Below are positions 53,257 through 64,000 of a DNA stretch of 64,000 bases, piece by piece. The stretch covers positions 38,519 through 102,518 of the forward strand of contig NZ_JASBVP010000015.1 of NCBI RefSeq assembly GCF_029961025.1. Reading direction: 5' to 3'. The position numbers and the translations under genes are program-made. This DNA is from Mycobacterium sp. Its GTDB lineage: Bacteria; Actinomycetota; Actinomycetes; Mycobacteriales; Mycobacteriaceae. Each line of letters begins with the position of its first letter. Position 1 is the stretch's first letter. The notes beneath the pieces are model-generated. The model was given only the letters and a program-made list of their open reading frames with translations, was not told the DNA's origin and made no database searches.

Positions 53257-55425
53257 GTGATGTCGTCAGACGAGTCAGCCTCCCGGCCGGACACCGCACC
53301 CGGCCCCCCGGCGCTGCCCACCGTGTGGCCGGGTAGTCCGTACCCGCTCGGGGCCACCTACGACGGCGGCGGCACCAACTTCGCGGTGTTCTCCGAGGTC
53401 GCCGAGAAGGTCGAGCTGTGCCTGATCGCCGACGACGGCACCGAGTCACGGATCCGCCTCGACGAGGTCGACGGACATATCTGGCATGCCTATCTGCCGA
53501 CCGTGACCCCCGGCCAGCGGTACGGGTTTCGGGTCTACGGGCCCTTCGACCCGGCCGCCGGACACCGCTGTGACCCCAGCAAACTGCTGCTCGACCCGTA
53601 CGGGAAGGCCTTTCACGGCGACTTCGACTTCGGACCGGCGCTGTTCTCCTACGACACGGCCAACCCCGATTCCCCCACCCTGCCGATGATCGACTCGCTG
53701 GGACACACCATGACCAGCGTGGTGATCAACCCGTTTTTCGACTGGCAATCCGACCGCGCCCCGCGCATTCCGTACCACCAGACGGTCATCTACGAGGCGC
53801 ACGTCAAGGGCATGACCCAAACCCACCCCGCGATCCCCGAAGAACTGCGGGGCACCTACGCCGGGCTGGCCCACCCGGCGATCATCGACTACCTCAAATC
53901 GCTCAACGTCACCGCCATCGAGCTGATGCCGGTGCACCAGTTCATGCACGATTACCGGCTGCTGCGAAAGGGTCTGCGAAACTACTGGGGATACAACACA
54001 TTCGGGTTCTTCGCCCCGCACAACCAGTACGCCGCCAACCGGCACTCTTCGGTGAGCGAATTCAAGACCATGGTCCGCACCTTCCACCAGGAGGGCATCG
54101 AGGTCATCCTCGACGTGGTCTACAACCACACCGCCGAAGGCAACCACCTGGGCCCGACCATCAATTTCCGCGGCATCGACAACGCCGCCTACTACCGCCT
54201 CGACGACGAGGATCCGCGCTATTACAAGGATTTCACCGGAACCGGCAACAGCCTCAACGCCCGCAACCCGCACACCCTGCAGCTGATCATGGATTCGCTT
54301 CGTTACTGGGTGCTCGAGATGCACGTCGACGGGTTCCGTTTCGATCTGGCCGCCACCTTGGCCCGCGAGCTGCACGACGTCGACCGATTGAGCGCGTTTT
54401 TCGATATCGTGCAGCAGGATCCGGTGATCAGTCAGGTCAAGTTGATCGCCGAGCCGTGGGACGTCGGCGAGGGCGGCTACCAGGTCGGCAACTTCCCGGG
54501 CTTGTGGACCGAATGGAACGGAAAATACCGCGACACGGTGCGTGACTACTGGCGCGGCGAGCCCGCAACCCTCGGCGAGTTCGCGTCCCGGCTGACCGGA
54601 TCGTCGGACCTCTACGAGGCGACCGGCCGGCGTCCCAGCGCCAGCATCAACTTCGTCACCTGCCACGACGGTTTCACGCTGGCGGATCTGGTGTCCTACA
54701 ACGAAAAACACAACGAGGCCAACGGCGACGACAACCGCGACGGGGAAAACTACAACCGCTCCTGGAACTGCGGTGTCGAGGGCCCCACCGACGATCCCGA
54801 CATTCTGGCGCTGCGCGGCCGGCAGATGCGTAACTTCCTGGCCACCTTGATGGTGTCGCAGGGCACCCCGATGCTGTCGCACGGCGACGAGATCGGGCGC
54901 AGCCAGTCGGGCAACAACAACGCCTACTGCCAAGACTCCGAATTGACCTGGATGGACTGGTCGTTGGTCGACAAGAATGCCGATTTGCTGGCCTTTACCC
55001 GTAAGGCGACGGCGCTGCGCAGGGCCCATCCGGTTTTTCGCCGCCGCCGGTTCTTCGAAGGCGCGCCGATCCGCAAGGGCGAGCAGGTGCGCGATATCGC
55101 CTGGCTGACACCGGCCGGCCGGGAGATGACACCCGAAGACTGGGGCAGCCAGTTCGGCAAAAGCATCGCCGTGTTCCTCAACGGCGAGGCCATCCCCTCC
55201 CCGGACGCACGCGGCCAACGGGTGGTCGACGACTCGTTTCTGCTGTGCTTCAACGCCCATGACCAGGCGGTGAAATTCGTTATTCCCCAAGATCATTACG
55301 CCCAGGTGTGGACGGCGGAGCTGGACACCACCGACCCCACCGGCGACAGCGCTCTGGTCGTGGCCGCCGGCGAGAGCATCTCCGTTCCGGCCCGCTCCCT
55401 GCTGGTGCTGCGTAAGACCGCCTGA
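53257..55425 (+). CDS. glgX: Glycogen debranching enzyme GlgX/TreX
   Basis: PYPLGAT, IYEAHVKG, NYWGYNT, DVVYNH, DGFRFDLA, AEPWD, CHDGFTL. Confidence 0.97.
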   Translation: MMSSDESASRPDTAPGPPALPTVWPGSPYPLGATYDGGGTNFAVFSEVAEKVELCLIADDGTESRIRLDEVDGHIWHAYLPTVTPGQRYGFRVYGPFDPAAGHRCDPSKLLLDPYGKAFHGDFDFGPALFSYDTANPDSPTLPMIDSLGHTMTSVVINPFFDWQSDRAPRIPYHQTVIYEAHVKGMTQTHPAIPEELRGTYAGLAHPAIIDYLKSLNVTAIELMPVHQFMHDYRLLRKGLRNYWGYNTFGFFAPHNQYAANRHSSVSEFKTMVRTFHQEGIEVILDVVYNHTAEGNHLGPTINFRGIDNAAYYRLDDEDPRYYKDFTGTGNSLNARNPHTLQLIMDSLRYWVLEMHVDGFRFDLAATLARELHDVDRLSAFFDIVQQDPVISQVKLIAEPWDVGEGGYQVGNFPGLWTEWNGKYRDTVRDYWRGEPATLGEFASRLTGSSDLYEATGRRPSASINFVTCHDGFTLADLVSYNEKHNEANGDDNRDGENYNRSWNCGVEGPTDDPDILALRGRQMRNFLATLMVSQGTPMLSHGDEIGRSQSGNNNAYCQDSELTWMDWSLVDKNADLLAFTRKATALRRAHPVFRRRRFFEGAPIRKGEQVRDIAWLTPAGREMTPEDWGSQFGKSIAVFLNGEAIPSPDARGQRVVDDSFLLCFNAHDQAVKFVIPQDHYAQVWTAELDTTDPTGDSALVVAAGESISVPARSLLVLRKTA

Positions 55426-55445
55426 ACGCCAAGCCTTTCCGGTGG

Positions 55446-56729
55446 CTACAGCAAGTAGCGGTAGGCCGGTGACCCCGGCTCGAGGATCTCGATGTGCAGC
55501 CCGGTGCCCCGCATCCGGGCCAGCAGCCCGTCGAGGTCAGCGGCCGACCCCAACTCGATGCCGACCAGGGCCTCACCGGTCTCGCGGTTGTTGCGCTTGA
55601 CGTACTCGAACAGCGTGATGTCGTCGTTGGGCCCGAGCACCTCGTCGAGGAACCGGCGCAACGCGCCGGGCTCCTGCGGGAAATCGACCAGGAAGTAGTG
55701 CTTGAGGCCGAGGTGCACCAGCGACCGCTCCAGCACCTCGCCGTAGCGGGAGACGTCGTTGTTGCCGCCGGAGATCAGGCACACCACCGTGGCGCCGGGC
55801 TCGACGCCGGCCTCCAGCAGACCGGCGACCGACAGCGCGCCCGCCGGCTCGGCGATGATCCCCTCGTTCTGGTAGAGGTCGAGCATCGCGGTGCAGACCG
55901 CGCCCTCATCGACGGCGGTGATCGACACCATGTCGCCGGCGGCGGCCAGTGCGGCATAGGTCAGCGTGCCCGCCCGGCTGACCGCGGCCCCGTCGACGAA
56001 CTGGTCGACGTGCTCCAGGGTCACCGGGCCGCCGGCGGCCAACGCCGCCATCATCGCGGCCGCCCCGGCCGGCTCCACGCCCAGCACCGCGGTGTTCGCG
56101 GTCCGCTCGGCCAGGTAGGTGGTGATGCCGGCGACGCAGCCGCCACCGCCCACCGGCACCACCACCAGGTCGGGTTCGGTGTCGAGCTGGTCGAGCAATT
56201 CCACGGCGATGGTGCCCTGACCGGCGATGGTGCGCAGATCGTCGTAGGGCGGAACCAGCGTGGCGCCGGTGCGGGCCACGTCCTCGAGGGCCGCCGCGGC
56301 CGCCATCTCATACGTCGACCCGCCCACAATCAACTCGATGAATTCCCCGCCGTGGTAGCGAATGCGGTCTTTTTTCTGCTTGGGGGTCTTGGCCGGCACG
56401 TAAACCCGGCCGTAAATCCCCAACGCGCGGCACGCGTAGGCGAAACCCTGCGCGTGATTGCCCGCCGAGGAGCACACCACGCCCGCGGCGGTCTCCTGCT
56501 CAGACAGCTGCACCAGCAGGTTGTAGGCGCCGCGCAGCTTGTAGGAGCGCACGATTTGCAGGTCTTCGCGTTTGAGATAGACCGTGGCGCCGGTGGCCGC
56601 CGACAACCGCTCGCAGTGCTGCAGCGGCGTGGGGCTGACCACCGGGGCGATCCGCTTCGCCGCCGCCTCGATGTCCGCGGCACACAAGGCGCCCGGCACG
56701 GACGGGCTCTGGCTCAGCTCAGCGGACAC
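55446..56729 (-). CDS. ilvA: Threonine dehydratase (biosynthetic)
   Basis: KREDLQIVRSYKLRGA, SAGNHAQG, VPVGGGG, SGGNND; short regulatory domain. Confidence 0.96.
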   Translation of the reverse strand: MSAELSQSPSVPGALCAADIEAAAKRIAPVVSPTPLQHCERLSAATGATVYLKREDLQIVRSYKLRGAYNLLVQLSEQETAAGVVCSSAGNHAQGFAYACRALGIYGRVYVPAKTPKQKKDRIRYHGGEFIELIVGGSTYEMAAAAALEDVARTGATLVPPYDDLRTIAGQGTIAVELLDQLDTEPDLVVVPVGGGGCVAGITTYLAERTANTAVLGVEPAGAAAMMAALAAGGPVTLEHVDQFVDGAAVSRAGTLTYAALAAAGDMVSITAVDEGAVCTAMLDLYQNEGIIAEPAGALSVAGLLEAGVEPGATVVCLISGGNNDVSRYGEVLERSLVHLGLKHYFLVDFPQEPGALRRFLDEVLGPNDDITLFEYVKRNNRETGEALVGIELGSAADLDGLLARMRGTGLHIEILEPGSPAYRYLL

Positions 56730-56757
56730 CGGATAATCGTGCCACCCGGTGGGGGTT

Positions 56758-57195
56758 TCAGTGCACCGGGGTGAGCACGAACACCGGGATCTCCCGCTCG
56801 GTGTTGGCCTGATACGTGGCGTAGTCGGGCCAGACCTGCACCGCGCGTTGCCACCAGATGGCCTTCTCCTCGCCGAACACCTCGCGGGCCTCATAGTCCC
56901 CGCTGACCGGGCCGTCCTGCAGCTCGACCCGCGGGTTCTTTTTGACGTTGTGATACCACTGCGGGTGCTTCGGCGCGCCGGCCAGCGAGGCGACGATGGC
57001 GTACTGCCCATCGTGCTCGACCCGCATCAGCGGGGTTTTCCGGAGTTTGCCCGTCTTGGCTCCCACGGTGGTCAGCAGGACGACCGGCTTTCCCTGCATC
57101 TCGGTGCCCTCGGTTCCGCCGGAGGCCATGTACTTCTCGGCCTGCTCGCGAGACCAGTCCAGCGGGCTGGGTGCGTATTCACCTGTTAGCGGCAT
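56758..57195 (-). CDS. F420-dependent nitroreductase-family (Ddn-like) oxidoreductase (Rv1558)
   Basis: [43 protein letters not shown]. Confidence 0.92.
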   Translation of the reverse strand: MPLTGEYAPSPLDWSREQAEKYMASGGTEGTEMQGKPVVLLTTVGAKTGKLRKTPLMRVEHDGQYAIVASLAGAPKHPQWYHNVKKNPRVELQDGPVSGDYEAREVFGEEKAIWWQRAVQVWPDYATYQANTEREIPVFVLTPVH

Positions 57196-57294
57196 GCCCC
57201 CACTGTAAGGGCCGGTCCGTGGGGTACGGCCACCCGGGGGCGCCGCTTCGGCGGTGCCCTCGGCGGTGCCCCGGGCGGGGCTACAGTGGCAAGA

Positions 57295-58572
57295 ATGCCG
57301 CCGACCCTGATCACCGGTGCGAACGTCTGGGACGGGCTTTCCGGCGGGCCCGTGCCACGGCAGGTGCTCGTCGACGATGCGCGCATCCAGCGGGTGGGCG
57401 AGGCGGTCGAGGCACCCGCCGACGCGCAGCGGATCGACCTGTCCGGGCACACCCTGACACCGGGATTCATCGACTGTCACGTTCACCTCACCCTGGCCCC
57501 GCCGCTCGGCCCGGCCCTGGCCGCTGACTCCAGCGTCGCGAAGGCGTTGAAGGCGCTGCCGGTGCTGCGGGCCTTGCTGAGCAACGGGTTCACCACGGTG
57601 CGCGACCTGGGGTGCGCGGACGTCGACTACCCGACGATCGACCTGCGCGAGGCGGTGGCGGCCGGCATCGTGGACGGCCCGCGGCTGCTGGTGGCGCCGC
57701 ATCTGCTGTCCGCGCGCGGCGGCCACGGCGATTTCAGCGCGATGCTTGCCGGGCAGTACCAGGGGCCGTCGCGGGCCCTGGAGCTCGCCGCCGCCGATGG
57801 CTGTGACGAGATCCGCACCCGGGTCCGCCAGGAGATCCGGGCCGGGGCGGACTGGATCAAGTTCGCCGCCACCGGGGGGTTCGCCTCCCCGTCGGATGAT
57901 CCCGGGCAGGCCACCTACAGCGACGACGAGATGGGCGTGCTGGTGGCGACGGCCGCCGACCTCGGTGTCCCGGTCGCCGCGCACAGCTACGGCGACGACG
58001 GCATCCGGCGCGCGGTGCGCGCCGGGGTGCGCAGCATCGAACACGGCAACCTCGCCTCGGCGGAGACGCTGCGGATGATCCGGGACGCCGGGGTGTTTTT
58101 GGTTCCCACGCAGTATGCGATCCTCTCCGGGGCGCACCGCGGCGACGACGACCCCCGCTGGGCGGCGGCGCCCGAGTATGCCCGCCGCAAAGCCCGCAAA
58201 TACCGGGCCGCGTTGCTGGCCGCCGCCGAACGGCTCGCCGGGAGCGACGTCCGGATCGCGTTCGGCACCGACGCCGGCATGTTCCCGCACCACGAGAATT
58301 GGCGGGAGTTCCCGATGATGGTGTCCGCCGGCATCACCCCGCTGCGGGCCCTGCAAGCCGCCACCAGCACGGCGGCCGACTTGCTGGGTCTCGACGATCG
58401 CGGCGTGGTCGCCGAGGGCAAGATCGCCGATCTGATCGCCATGCCCGGGGACCCGTTCACCGACATCGAGGCCACCGGCCGGGTCGACTTCGTCATGAAG
58501 GAGGGCGTGATCTACCGGCGCCCGGCGGCTAACGCTACCCCCCCAGGCAGCCCGGGCCCAGCAGCTCCTTGA
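57295..58572 (+). CDS. Metal-dependent amidohydrolase (Xaa-Pro dipeptidase-like)
   Basis: [44 protein letters not shown]; TACAGT 7 nt before ATG 57295. Confidence 0.88.
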   Translation: MPPTLITGANVWDGLSGGPVPRQVLVDDARIQRVGEAVEAPADAQRIDLSGHTLTPGFIDCHVHLTLAPPLGPALAADSSVAKALKALPVLRALLSNGFTTVRDLGCADVDYPTIDLREAVAAGIVDGPRLLVAPHLLSARGGHGDFSAMLAGQYQGPSRALELAAADGCDEIRTRVRQEIRAGADWIKFAATGGFASPSDDPGQATYSDDEMGVLVATAADLGVPVAAHSYGDDGIRRAVRAGVRSIEHGNLASAETLRMIRDAGVFLVPTQYAILSGAHRGDDDPRWAAAPEYARRKARKYRAALLAAAERLAGSDVRIAFGTDAGMFPHHENWREFPMMVSAGITPLRALQAATSTAADLLGLDDRGVVAEGKIADLIAMPGDPFTDIEATGRVDFVMKEGVIYRRPAANATPPGSPGPAAP

Positions 58573-61500
58573 GGTCGCCCATCAGCGCCGGCGACGGCGT
58601 CACCCGCAGGGCGGGATCCAGCTCCAGCGTGGTGACCCGGTCCTCACTGACCAGCCGCAGATGCACCCGCGAGGTACCCGGGTGGCGGGCCAGCACCTGT
58701 TTGAGCGCGCTGACCTTGTCGGCGGTGCACTGCCGGGTCGGCAGGCTGACGGCAACCGGGCGGTCCGCCTTGAGGTTGGAAAAGTCAGGCACCACAAGAT
58801 CATTGGCGATCAACACGGTCCGATCGTCGCGGACCGCCACCCGGGCGTTGATCAGCACGACGGCGTCGTCGACGATGTCCGCGCCGTAGGTGGAGTAGGT
58901 CTGCGGGAAGAACATCACCTCGATGCCCCCGGTGAGGTCTTCCAATTGCGCTGATGCCCAGGACATTCCGTTCTTGTTCACACGCCGGCTCACCGACGCC
59001 AGGATGCCGCCCACCTTGACCGGCGCATCGTTGGGGACCTCACCGTCGAGGATCGCCGGGATCGCGGTGTCGACCTGGGCGGCCAGCAAGTGCGCGACGC
59101 CGTTGAGCGGATGCCCGGACACGTACAGGCCCAGCATCTCGCGCTCCAGCGCCAGCTTGTGCTTGTCGTCCCACTCCTCGTCGGGAACCTTGATGGAAAA
59201 CACCGCGTCCACGGCGGTATCCGAGCCACCGAACAGGTCGAACTGGCCCATCGCCTCGGCTTTCTTGGTGCCCAGCACCGAGTCCACCGCGTCGCTGTGC
59301 ACCAAAAACAGCCCCTTGCGCGGATGCCCCAGCGTGTCGAACGCGCCCGCCTTGATCAGCGACTCGGTGACCTTCTTGTTGCACGCGGCGATGTCCACCT
59401 TGTTCAGATAGTCGGAGAAGTCGGTGAACTTGCCCTTCTCGGTGCGGGTCTTGATCAGCGAGGCAACGACATTGGCGCCCACGTTGCGCACCGCACCCAG
59501 GCCGTAGCGGATGTCGGTGCCCACGGAGGCGAAGTTCAGTCCGGACTCGTTGACGTCGGGTGGCAGCACGGTGATGCCGAGCTTGCGGCAGTCCGCCAGG
59601 TACACCGCGGCCTTGTCCTTGTCGTCGCCGACCGAGGTCAATAGCCCCGCCATGTATTCCGCGGGATAGTTGGCCTTCAGATAGGCGGTCCAATACGACA
59701 CCATGGCATAGCCGGCGGCGTGCGACTTGTTGAACGCGTAGTCGGCGAACGGCAGGATGGTGTCCCAGAGCGCCTTGATCGCGCCGGCCGAAAAGCCGTT
59801 GGCGCGCATCCCCGCCGCGAAGTTCTCGTATTCGGCGGCCAGCACGTCCGCCTTCTTCTTTCCCATGGCCTTGCGCAGAATGTCGGCCTGGGCCAGCGAA
59901 TATCCGGCCACCTTCTGCGCGATGCGCATGATCTGCTCTTGGTAGACGATCAGACCGTAGGTCTCGGCGAGGATGTCGGAAAGCGGCTCGGCCAGCTCGG
60001 GGTGAATCGGCGTGATGGCCTGACGGCCGTTTTTGCGGTCGGCGTAGTCGATGTGCGCGTTTTGGCCCATGGGCCCGGGCCGATACAGCGCGATCACCGC
60101 GACGACGTCCTCAAAGCCGGTGGGCCGCATGCGGCGCAGCAGATCCCGCATCGGACCGCCGTCGAGCTGGAACACCCCCAGGGTGTCGCCGCGGCCCAGC
60201 AACTCGTAGGTGGCCGGGTCGTCGAGGGGAAGCGACTCCAGGTCGACGTCAATTCCCCTGTTGGCCTTGATGTTTTCGATCGCGTCACCGATGATCGTCA
60301 GATTGCGCAGCCCGAGGAAGTCCATCTTGAGCAGGCCGATGGCCTCGCACGCCGGGTAATCCCAGCCGGTGATGATCGCGCCGTCCTGCGGCCGTTTCCA
60401 CAGCGGGATGACCTCGGTCAGCGGCTCACTGCTCATGATCACCGCGCACGCGTGCACCCCGGCGTTGCGGATCAGCCCCTCCAGGCCACGGGCGGTCTGG
60501 TAGATGGTGCGCACGTCGGGGTCGGTGTCGATGAGGGCGCGGACCTCGGCGGCTTCCTTGTAGCGCTCGTGGCTGGGGTCGGTGATACCCGCCAGCGGGA
60601 TGTCCTTCGCCATGATCGCCGGCGGCAGCGCCTTGGTGATTCGATCGGCGATCGCGAAACCGGGCTGCCCGTAGTGGATTCGCGCCGCGTCCTTTAGCGC
60701 CGCTTTGGTTTTGATGGTGCCGAACGTGATCACCTGGGCGACCCGGTCATGGCCCCACTTATCGGCGGCGTAGCGCACCATCTCGCCGCGGCGGCGGTCG
60801 TCGAAGTCGATGTCGATGTCGGGCATCGACGTGCGTTCCGGGTTCAGGAACCGCTCGAAGAGCAGGCCGTGCGGAATCGGGTCGATGTCGGTGATGCCCA
60901 GGGCGTAGGCGACCAGCGAGCCGGCGGCCGAGCCCCGGCCCGGCCCGACCCGGATGCCCACCGACCGCGCGTAGTTGACCAGGTCCGCGACGATCAGAAA
61001 GTAGGAGGGAAATCCCTTGGCGCAGATGACCTCGATCTCGTAGGCGGCCCGCTGGGCATACCCGTCGGGCAGTCCGCCCGGGAATCGCCGGCGCAGGCCC
61101 GCGTCCACCTCGTGGCGCAGCCACGACGCCTGGTCGTGGCCCTCGGGCACCGGGAACACCGGCATCCGGTCGCGTCGGGCCCACACGTCGGCGTAGCAGC
61201 CCACCCGCTCGGCGATGGCCAGCGTGGCGTCGCAGGCGCCGGGCACCTCGTCGTCCCAGATCGCGCGCATCTCGGCGGCCGATTTGAGGTAGTAGCCGTC
61301 GCCTTCGAACCGGAACCGGTTGGGGTCCGAGAGGGTCCTGCCGGTTTGCACACACAGCAGCGCCTCGTGGTTGTGGGCGGCGTCGCGGGTGACGTAGTGG
61401 CAGTCGTTGGTGGCCAGCGGGGGGATGTCCAGGGCGCGGCCGATCTGCAGCAGCCCGTCGCGCACCCGCCGTTCGATGGCCAGCCCGTGATCCATCAGCT

Positions 61501-62077
61501 CGAGAAAGTAGTTGTCGGCACCGAAGATCTCCCGCCAGGTGGCCGCCGCCTCCAGCGCCTCGCGGTATTGGCCGAGCCGCAGCCGGGTCTGCACCTCACC
61601 CGACGGGCAGCCGGTGGTGGCGATGATGCCGGCGGCGTGTTCGGCGATCAGCTCGGCGTCCATCCGCGCCCACTTGCCCAGCTGGCCCTCGAACGACGCC
61701 AGCGAGGACAGCTTGAACAGGTTGCGCAGCCCGGTGGCGTTCTCGGCGATCATCGTCAGGTGGGTGTAGGAGCCGCCCCCGGACACGTCGTCGGCCTTCT
61801 GGCCGGGATCGCCCCAGAGGATTCGCCGGGTGTCGAAACGCGAACCGGGAGCGACGTAGGCCTCGATCCCGATGATCGGCTTGATCCCGGCCTCGGTGGC
61901 GGCGTTGTAGAACTCGCTGGCGCCGAACATGTTTCCGTGATCGGTCATCCCGATGGCGGACATGCCAAGCCGCTGCGCCTCGGCGAGCATCGGGGTGATC
62001 TTCGCGGCACCGTCGAGCATCGAGTACTCGGTGTGGTTATGCAGGTGCACGAAGGACCGCGAAGAAGAGCCGCTCAT
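58535..62077 (-). CDS. dnaE: DNA polymerase III alpha subunit DnaE1
   Basis: PHP domain [18 protein letters not shown]; [27 protein letters not shown]; OB fold. Confidence 0.99.
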   Translation of the reverse strand: MSGSSSRSFVHLHNHTEYSMLDGAAKITPMLAEAQRLGMSAIGMTDHGNMFGASEFYNAATEAGIKPIIGIEAYVAPGSRFDTRRILWGDPGQKADDVSGGGSYTHLTMIAENATGLRNLFKLSSLASFEGQLGKWARMDAELIAEHAAGIIATTGCPSGEVQTRLRLGQYREALEAAATWREIFGADNYFLELMDHGLAIERRVRDGLLQIGRALDIPPLATNDCHYVTRDAAHNHEALLCVQTGRTLSDPNRFRFEGDGYYLKSAAEMRAIWDDEVPGACDATLAIAERVGCYADVWARRDRMPVFPVPEGHDQASWLRHEVDAGLRRRFPGGLPDGYAQRAAYEIEVICAKGFPSYFLIVADLVNYARSVGIRVGPGRGSAAGSLVAYALGITDIDPIPHGLLFERFLNPERTSMPDIDIDFDDRRRGEMVRYAADKWGHDRVAQVITFGTIKTKAALKDAARIHYGQPGFAIADRITKALPPAIMAKDIPLAGITDPSHERYKEAAEVRALIDTDPDVRTIYQTARGLEGLIRNAGVHACAVIMSSEPLTEVIPLWKRPQDGAIITGWDYPACEAIGLLKMDFLGLRNLTIIGDAIENIKANRGIDVDLESLPLDDPATYELLGRGDTLGVFQLDGGPMRDLLRRMRPTGFEDVVAVIALYRPGPMGQNAHIDYADRKNGRQAITPIHPELAEPLSDILAETYGLIVYQEQIMRIAQKVAGYSLAQADILRKAMGKKKADVLAAEYENFAAGMRANGFSAGAIKALWDTILPFADYAFNKSHAAGYAMVSYWTAYLKANYPAEYMAGLLTSVGDDKDKAAVYLADCRKLGITVLPPDVNESGLNFASVGTDIRYGLGAVRNVGANVVASLIKTRTEKGKFTDFSDYLNKVDIAACNKKVTESLIKAGAFDTLGHPRKGLFLVHSDAVDSVLGTKKAEAMGQFDLFGGSDTAVDAVFSIKVPDEEWDDKHKLALEREMLGLYVSGHPLNGVAHLLAAQVDTAIPAILDGEVPNDAPVKVGGILASVSRRVNKNGMSWASAQLEDLTGGIEVMFFPQTYSTYGADIVDDAVVLINARVAVRDDRTVLIANDLVVPDFSNLKADRPVAVSLPTRQCTADKVSALKQVLARHPGTSRVHLRLVSEDRVTTLELDPALRVTPSPALMGDLKELLGPGCLGG

Positions 62078-62338
62078 CGAAGGCCAGTCTAGGGCCCGCC
62101 GCCGACGCCGCCCGGCGTGTCGGCCAAGTGTGTCTCAACGCCCGCACCCTCGCCGGACACCCCGTCATCACCAACGCCTCGAGGGCAGGCCGGCTACCGG
62201 CGCCCGGGGTGTCCGCACACCGGCGCCCAACACCTGGTGAGTCGCCGGCAACCGGTTTTTTACCACGGGCAATCCCGGCGTGACGGTCACCTAATCGACG
62301 CGCAACGGCGAGTTGATGGCCTTGGCGGCATGGATCAC

Positions 62339-62722
62339 ATGAACCACACATTGCCCATCTACGACCGAATCGGCGGCCATGAGGCGATCGAGGTCGTCGT
62401 CGAGGATTTCTACCGGCGGGTGCTCGCCGACAATCAGCTGGCCGGTTTTTTCTCCGGGACGAACCTGAGCCGCCTGAAAGGGCGCCAAGCCGAATTCCTG
62501 GCCGCCGCCCTGGGCGGGCCCGAGCCGTACACCGGGGTGTCGATGAAGCAGGCGCATCGGGGCCGCGGGATCACCATGCACCACTTCAACCTGGTGGCGG
62601 GCCATTTGACCGATGCGCTGTCGGCGGCCGGCGTTTCCCCCGAGACGGTCGATGAAATACTCGCGATCGTCGCGCCGCTGGCTGGCGACATCGCGTCGGA
62701 TTACGCGACGGCTCGAGTCTGA
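62339..62722 (+). CDS. glbN: Group I truncated hemoglobin (trHbN)
   Basis: IYDRIGG, FY (B10 Tyr), QAEFL (E11 Gln), [11 protein letters not shown] (F8 His); alternative ATG 62330. Confidence 0.92.
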   Translation: MNHTLPIYDRIGGHEAIEVVVEDFYRRVLADNQLAGFFSGTNLSRLKGRQAEFLAAALGGPEPYTGVSMKQAHRGRGITMHHFNLVAGHLTDALSAAGVSPETVDEILAIVAPLAGDIASDYATARV

Positions 62723-62811
62723 CCGATCGCGCGCCTGGATAACGAGCGGCCGACAAGCGAGCTCGCCAACCCGGCGCGGTGCCCCGATCGCCATGCCAGC
62801 ACAATGCGGGG

Positions 62812-63573
62812 GTGCCCCGAACGTTCGACGAGCTGGTGGCGGAGGCCGCCGCGGCACCCGTGGAGGGCTGGGATTTCTCCTGGCTTGACGGCCGGGGCAG
62901 CGAACAGCGCCCGTCGTGGGGTTATCAACGCCTGATGAGCCAACGGCTGGCGGGCGTGTCGGCGGCCCTGGACATCCAGACCGGCGGCGGCGAAGTGCTG
63001 GCCGGCGCGGCGAAATTCCCGACCACGATGGCGGCCACCGAGCCCTACCCACCCAACGCCGCGCTGGCCACCCGGCGGTTGCACCCGCGCGGCGCGGTGG
63101 TCGTCCGCACCCGGGACGAGCCGCCGCTGCCGTTCGCCGACGAGGCGTTCGACCTGGTCATCAGCCGCCACCCGACCGCCGTGTGGTGGACCGAAATCGC
63201 CCGGGTGCTGCGGCCGGGCGGCGCCTACTTCGCCCAGCACATCGGGCCCGCGACGATGTCCGAGCTGGCCGACTACTTCACCGGCCCGCGGCCAGCGCGG
63301 GGCGCCGAATTTCATCCGGACGCCCAACGGGCCGGGGCGCGCGCCGCGGGCCTGCAGCTCGTGGATCTCCAGATGGAGCGGCTGCGCGTCGAGTTCTTCG
63401 ACGTCGGCGCCGTCGTCTACTTTCTGCGCAAGGTGATCTGGACCGTTCCGGACTTCACCGTGGACCGCTACCGCGACCGGCTGCGGGAGCTGCATGAGCG
63501 CATCGCCTCCGGCGGGCCGTTTGTCGCCCATGCCACCCGGGTCCTCGTCGACGCCCGCAAACCGGACCGCTGA
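62812..63573 (+). CDS. Class I SAM-dependent methyltransferase
   Basis: GWDFSWL, LDIQTGGGE motif I, LPFADEAFDLV, RVLRPGG. Confidence 0.86.
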   Translation: MPRTFDELVAEAAAAPVEGWDFSWLDGRGSEQRPSWGYQRLMSQRLAGVSAALDIQTGGGEVLAGAAKFPTTMAATEPYPPNAALATRRLHPRGAVVVRTRDEPPLPFADEAFDLVISRHPTAVWWTEIARVLRPGGAYFAQHIGPATMSELADYFTGPRPARGAEFHPDAQRAGARAAGLQLVDLQMERLRVEFFDVGAVVYFLRKVIWTVPDFTVDRYRDRLRELHERIASGGPFVAHATRVLVDARKPDR

Positions 63574-63578
63574 CGGGG

Positions 63579-63998
63579 TCAGCTCTCGGCGCGCAGCACC
63601 TCCAGGGCGTGCTGCAGGTCGGCCGGATACGGGCTGACGATCCGCATCTGCCGCCCATCACCCGGATGGGTGAACGACAGCGACCGCGCATGCAGCCATT
63701 GACGTTGCAGTCCAAGCTTTTCCGCCAGCGTCGGGTCGGCGCCGTAGGTGAGGTCCCCGCAGCAGGGGTGGTGCAGCGCGGCGAAATGCACCCGGATCTG
63801 GTGGGTGCGCCCGGTCTCCAGGTGCACCTCGAGCAGGGTGGCGGCGACGAAGGCTTCCAGGGTGTCGTAGTGGGTGAGGCTGTGTCGGCCGTTTTTGGTG
63901 ACCGCGAATTTCCAGTCGTGGCTGTGGTGCCGGCCGATCGGCGCGTCGATCGTGCCGCTGGACGGGTCGGGGTGGCCCTGCACCAGCGCGTGGTAGCG
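63579..63998 (-). CDS. RluA-family pseudouridine synthase (Rv1540), 5'-truncated by the window edge
   Basis: [34 protein letters not shown]. Confidence 0.93.
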   Translation of the reverse strand, partial: RYHALVQGHPDPSSGTIDAPIGRHHSHDWKFAVTKNGRHSLTHYDTLEAFVAATLLEVHLETGRTHQIRVHFAALHHPCCGDLTYGADPTLAEKLGLQRQWLHARSLSFTHPGDGRQMRIVSPYPADLQHALEVLRAES

Positions 63999-64000
63999 CT

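Noticed and set aside
50571-53357. 928-aa minus-strand ORF, and similar long antisense or alternate-frame ORFs (e.g. 53446-55296, 20611-22509, 11250-13202, 5859-7670)
   Set aside because: Shadow frames of real genes caused by high GC3; Arg/Gly/Pro-rich with no recognisable motifs.

Overview
GC-rich (about 70%) chromosomal segment of a Mycobacterium, collinear (inverted) with the M. tuberculosis Rv1540-Rv1632c core region. It carries coaE, rpsA, polA, pdtaR, tRNA-Leu(CAA), cya, cydABDC, tesB, pyk, lgt, trpABC/E, the his operon, nadABC with nrtR, bioB/bsaP, bioAFD, ripD, sucT, glgX/treX, ilvA, dnaE1, glbN and a partial rluA. Accessory genes are a stand-alone LigD-type polymerase, a small secreted protein, DUF167, DUF488, DUF4190, a Ser/Thr kinase fused to a TPM domain, a DUF222-HNH gene, an amidohydrolase and a methyltransferase. 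I found no CRISPR array, transposase, integrase, prophage or rRNA. The most unusual signals are: (1) short tandem expansions at gene junctions, three of which contain the upstream stop codon, including one that creates a 35-aa mini-ORF coupled to both hisH and hisA; (2) a deletion-riddled Rv1619/MprF-like pseudogene; (3) treY/treZ missing next to treX; (4) the kinase-TPM fusion; (5) the orphan polymerase domain. None of these is shown to be a new system. All homology calls come from recognising motifs and synteny by eye; no database searches were run. Start codons were adjusted from the ORF track where justified.
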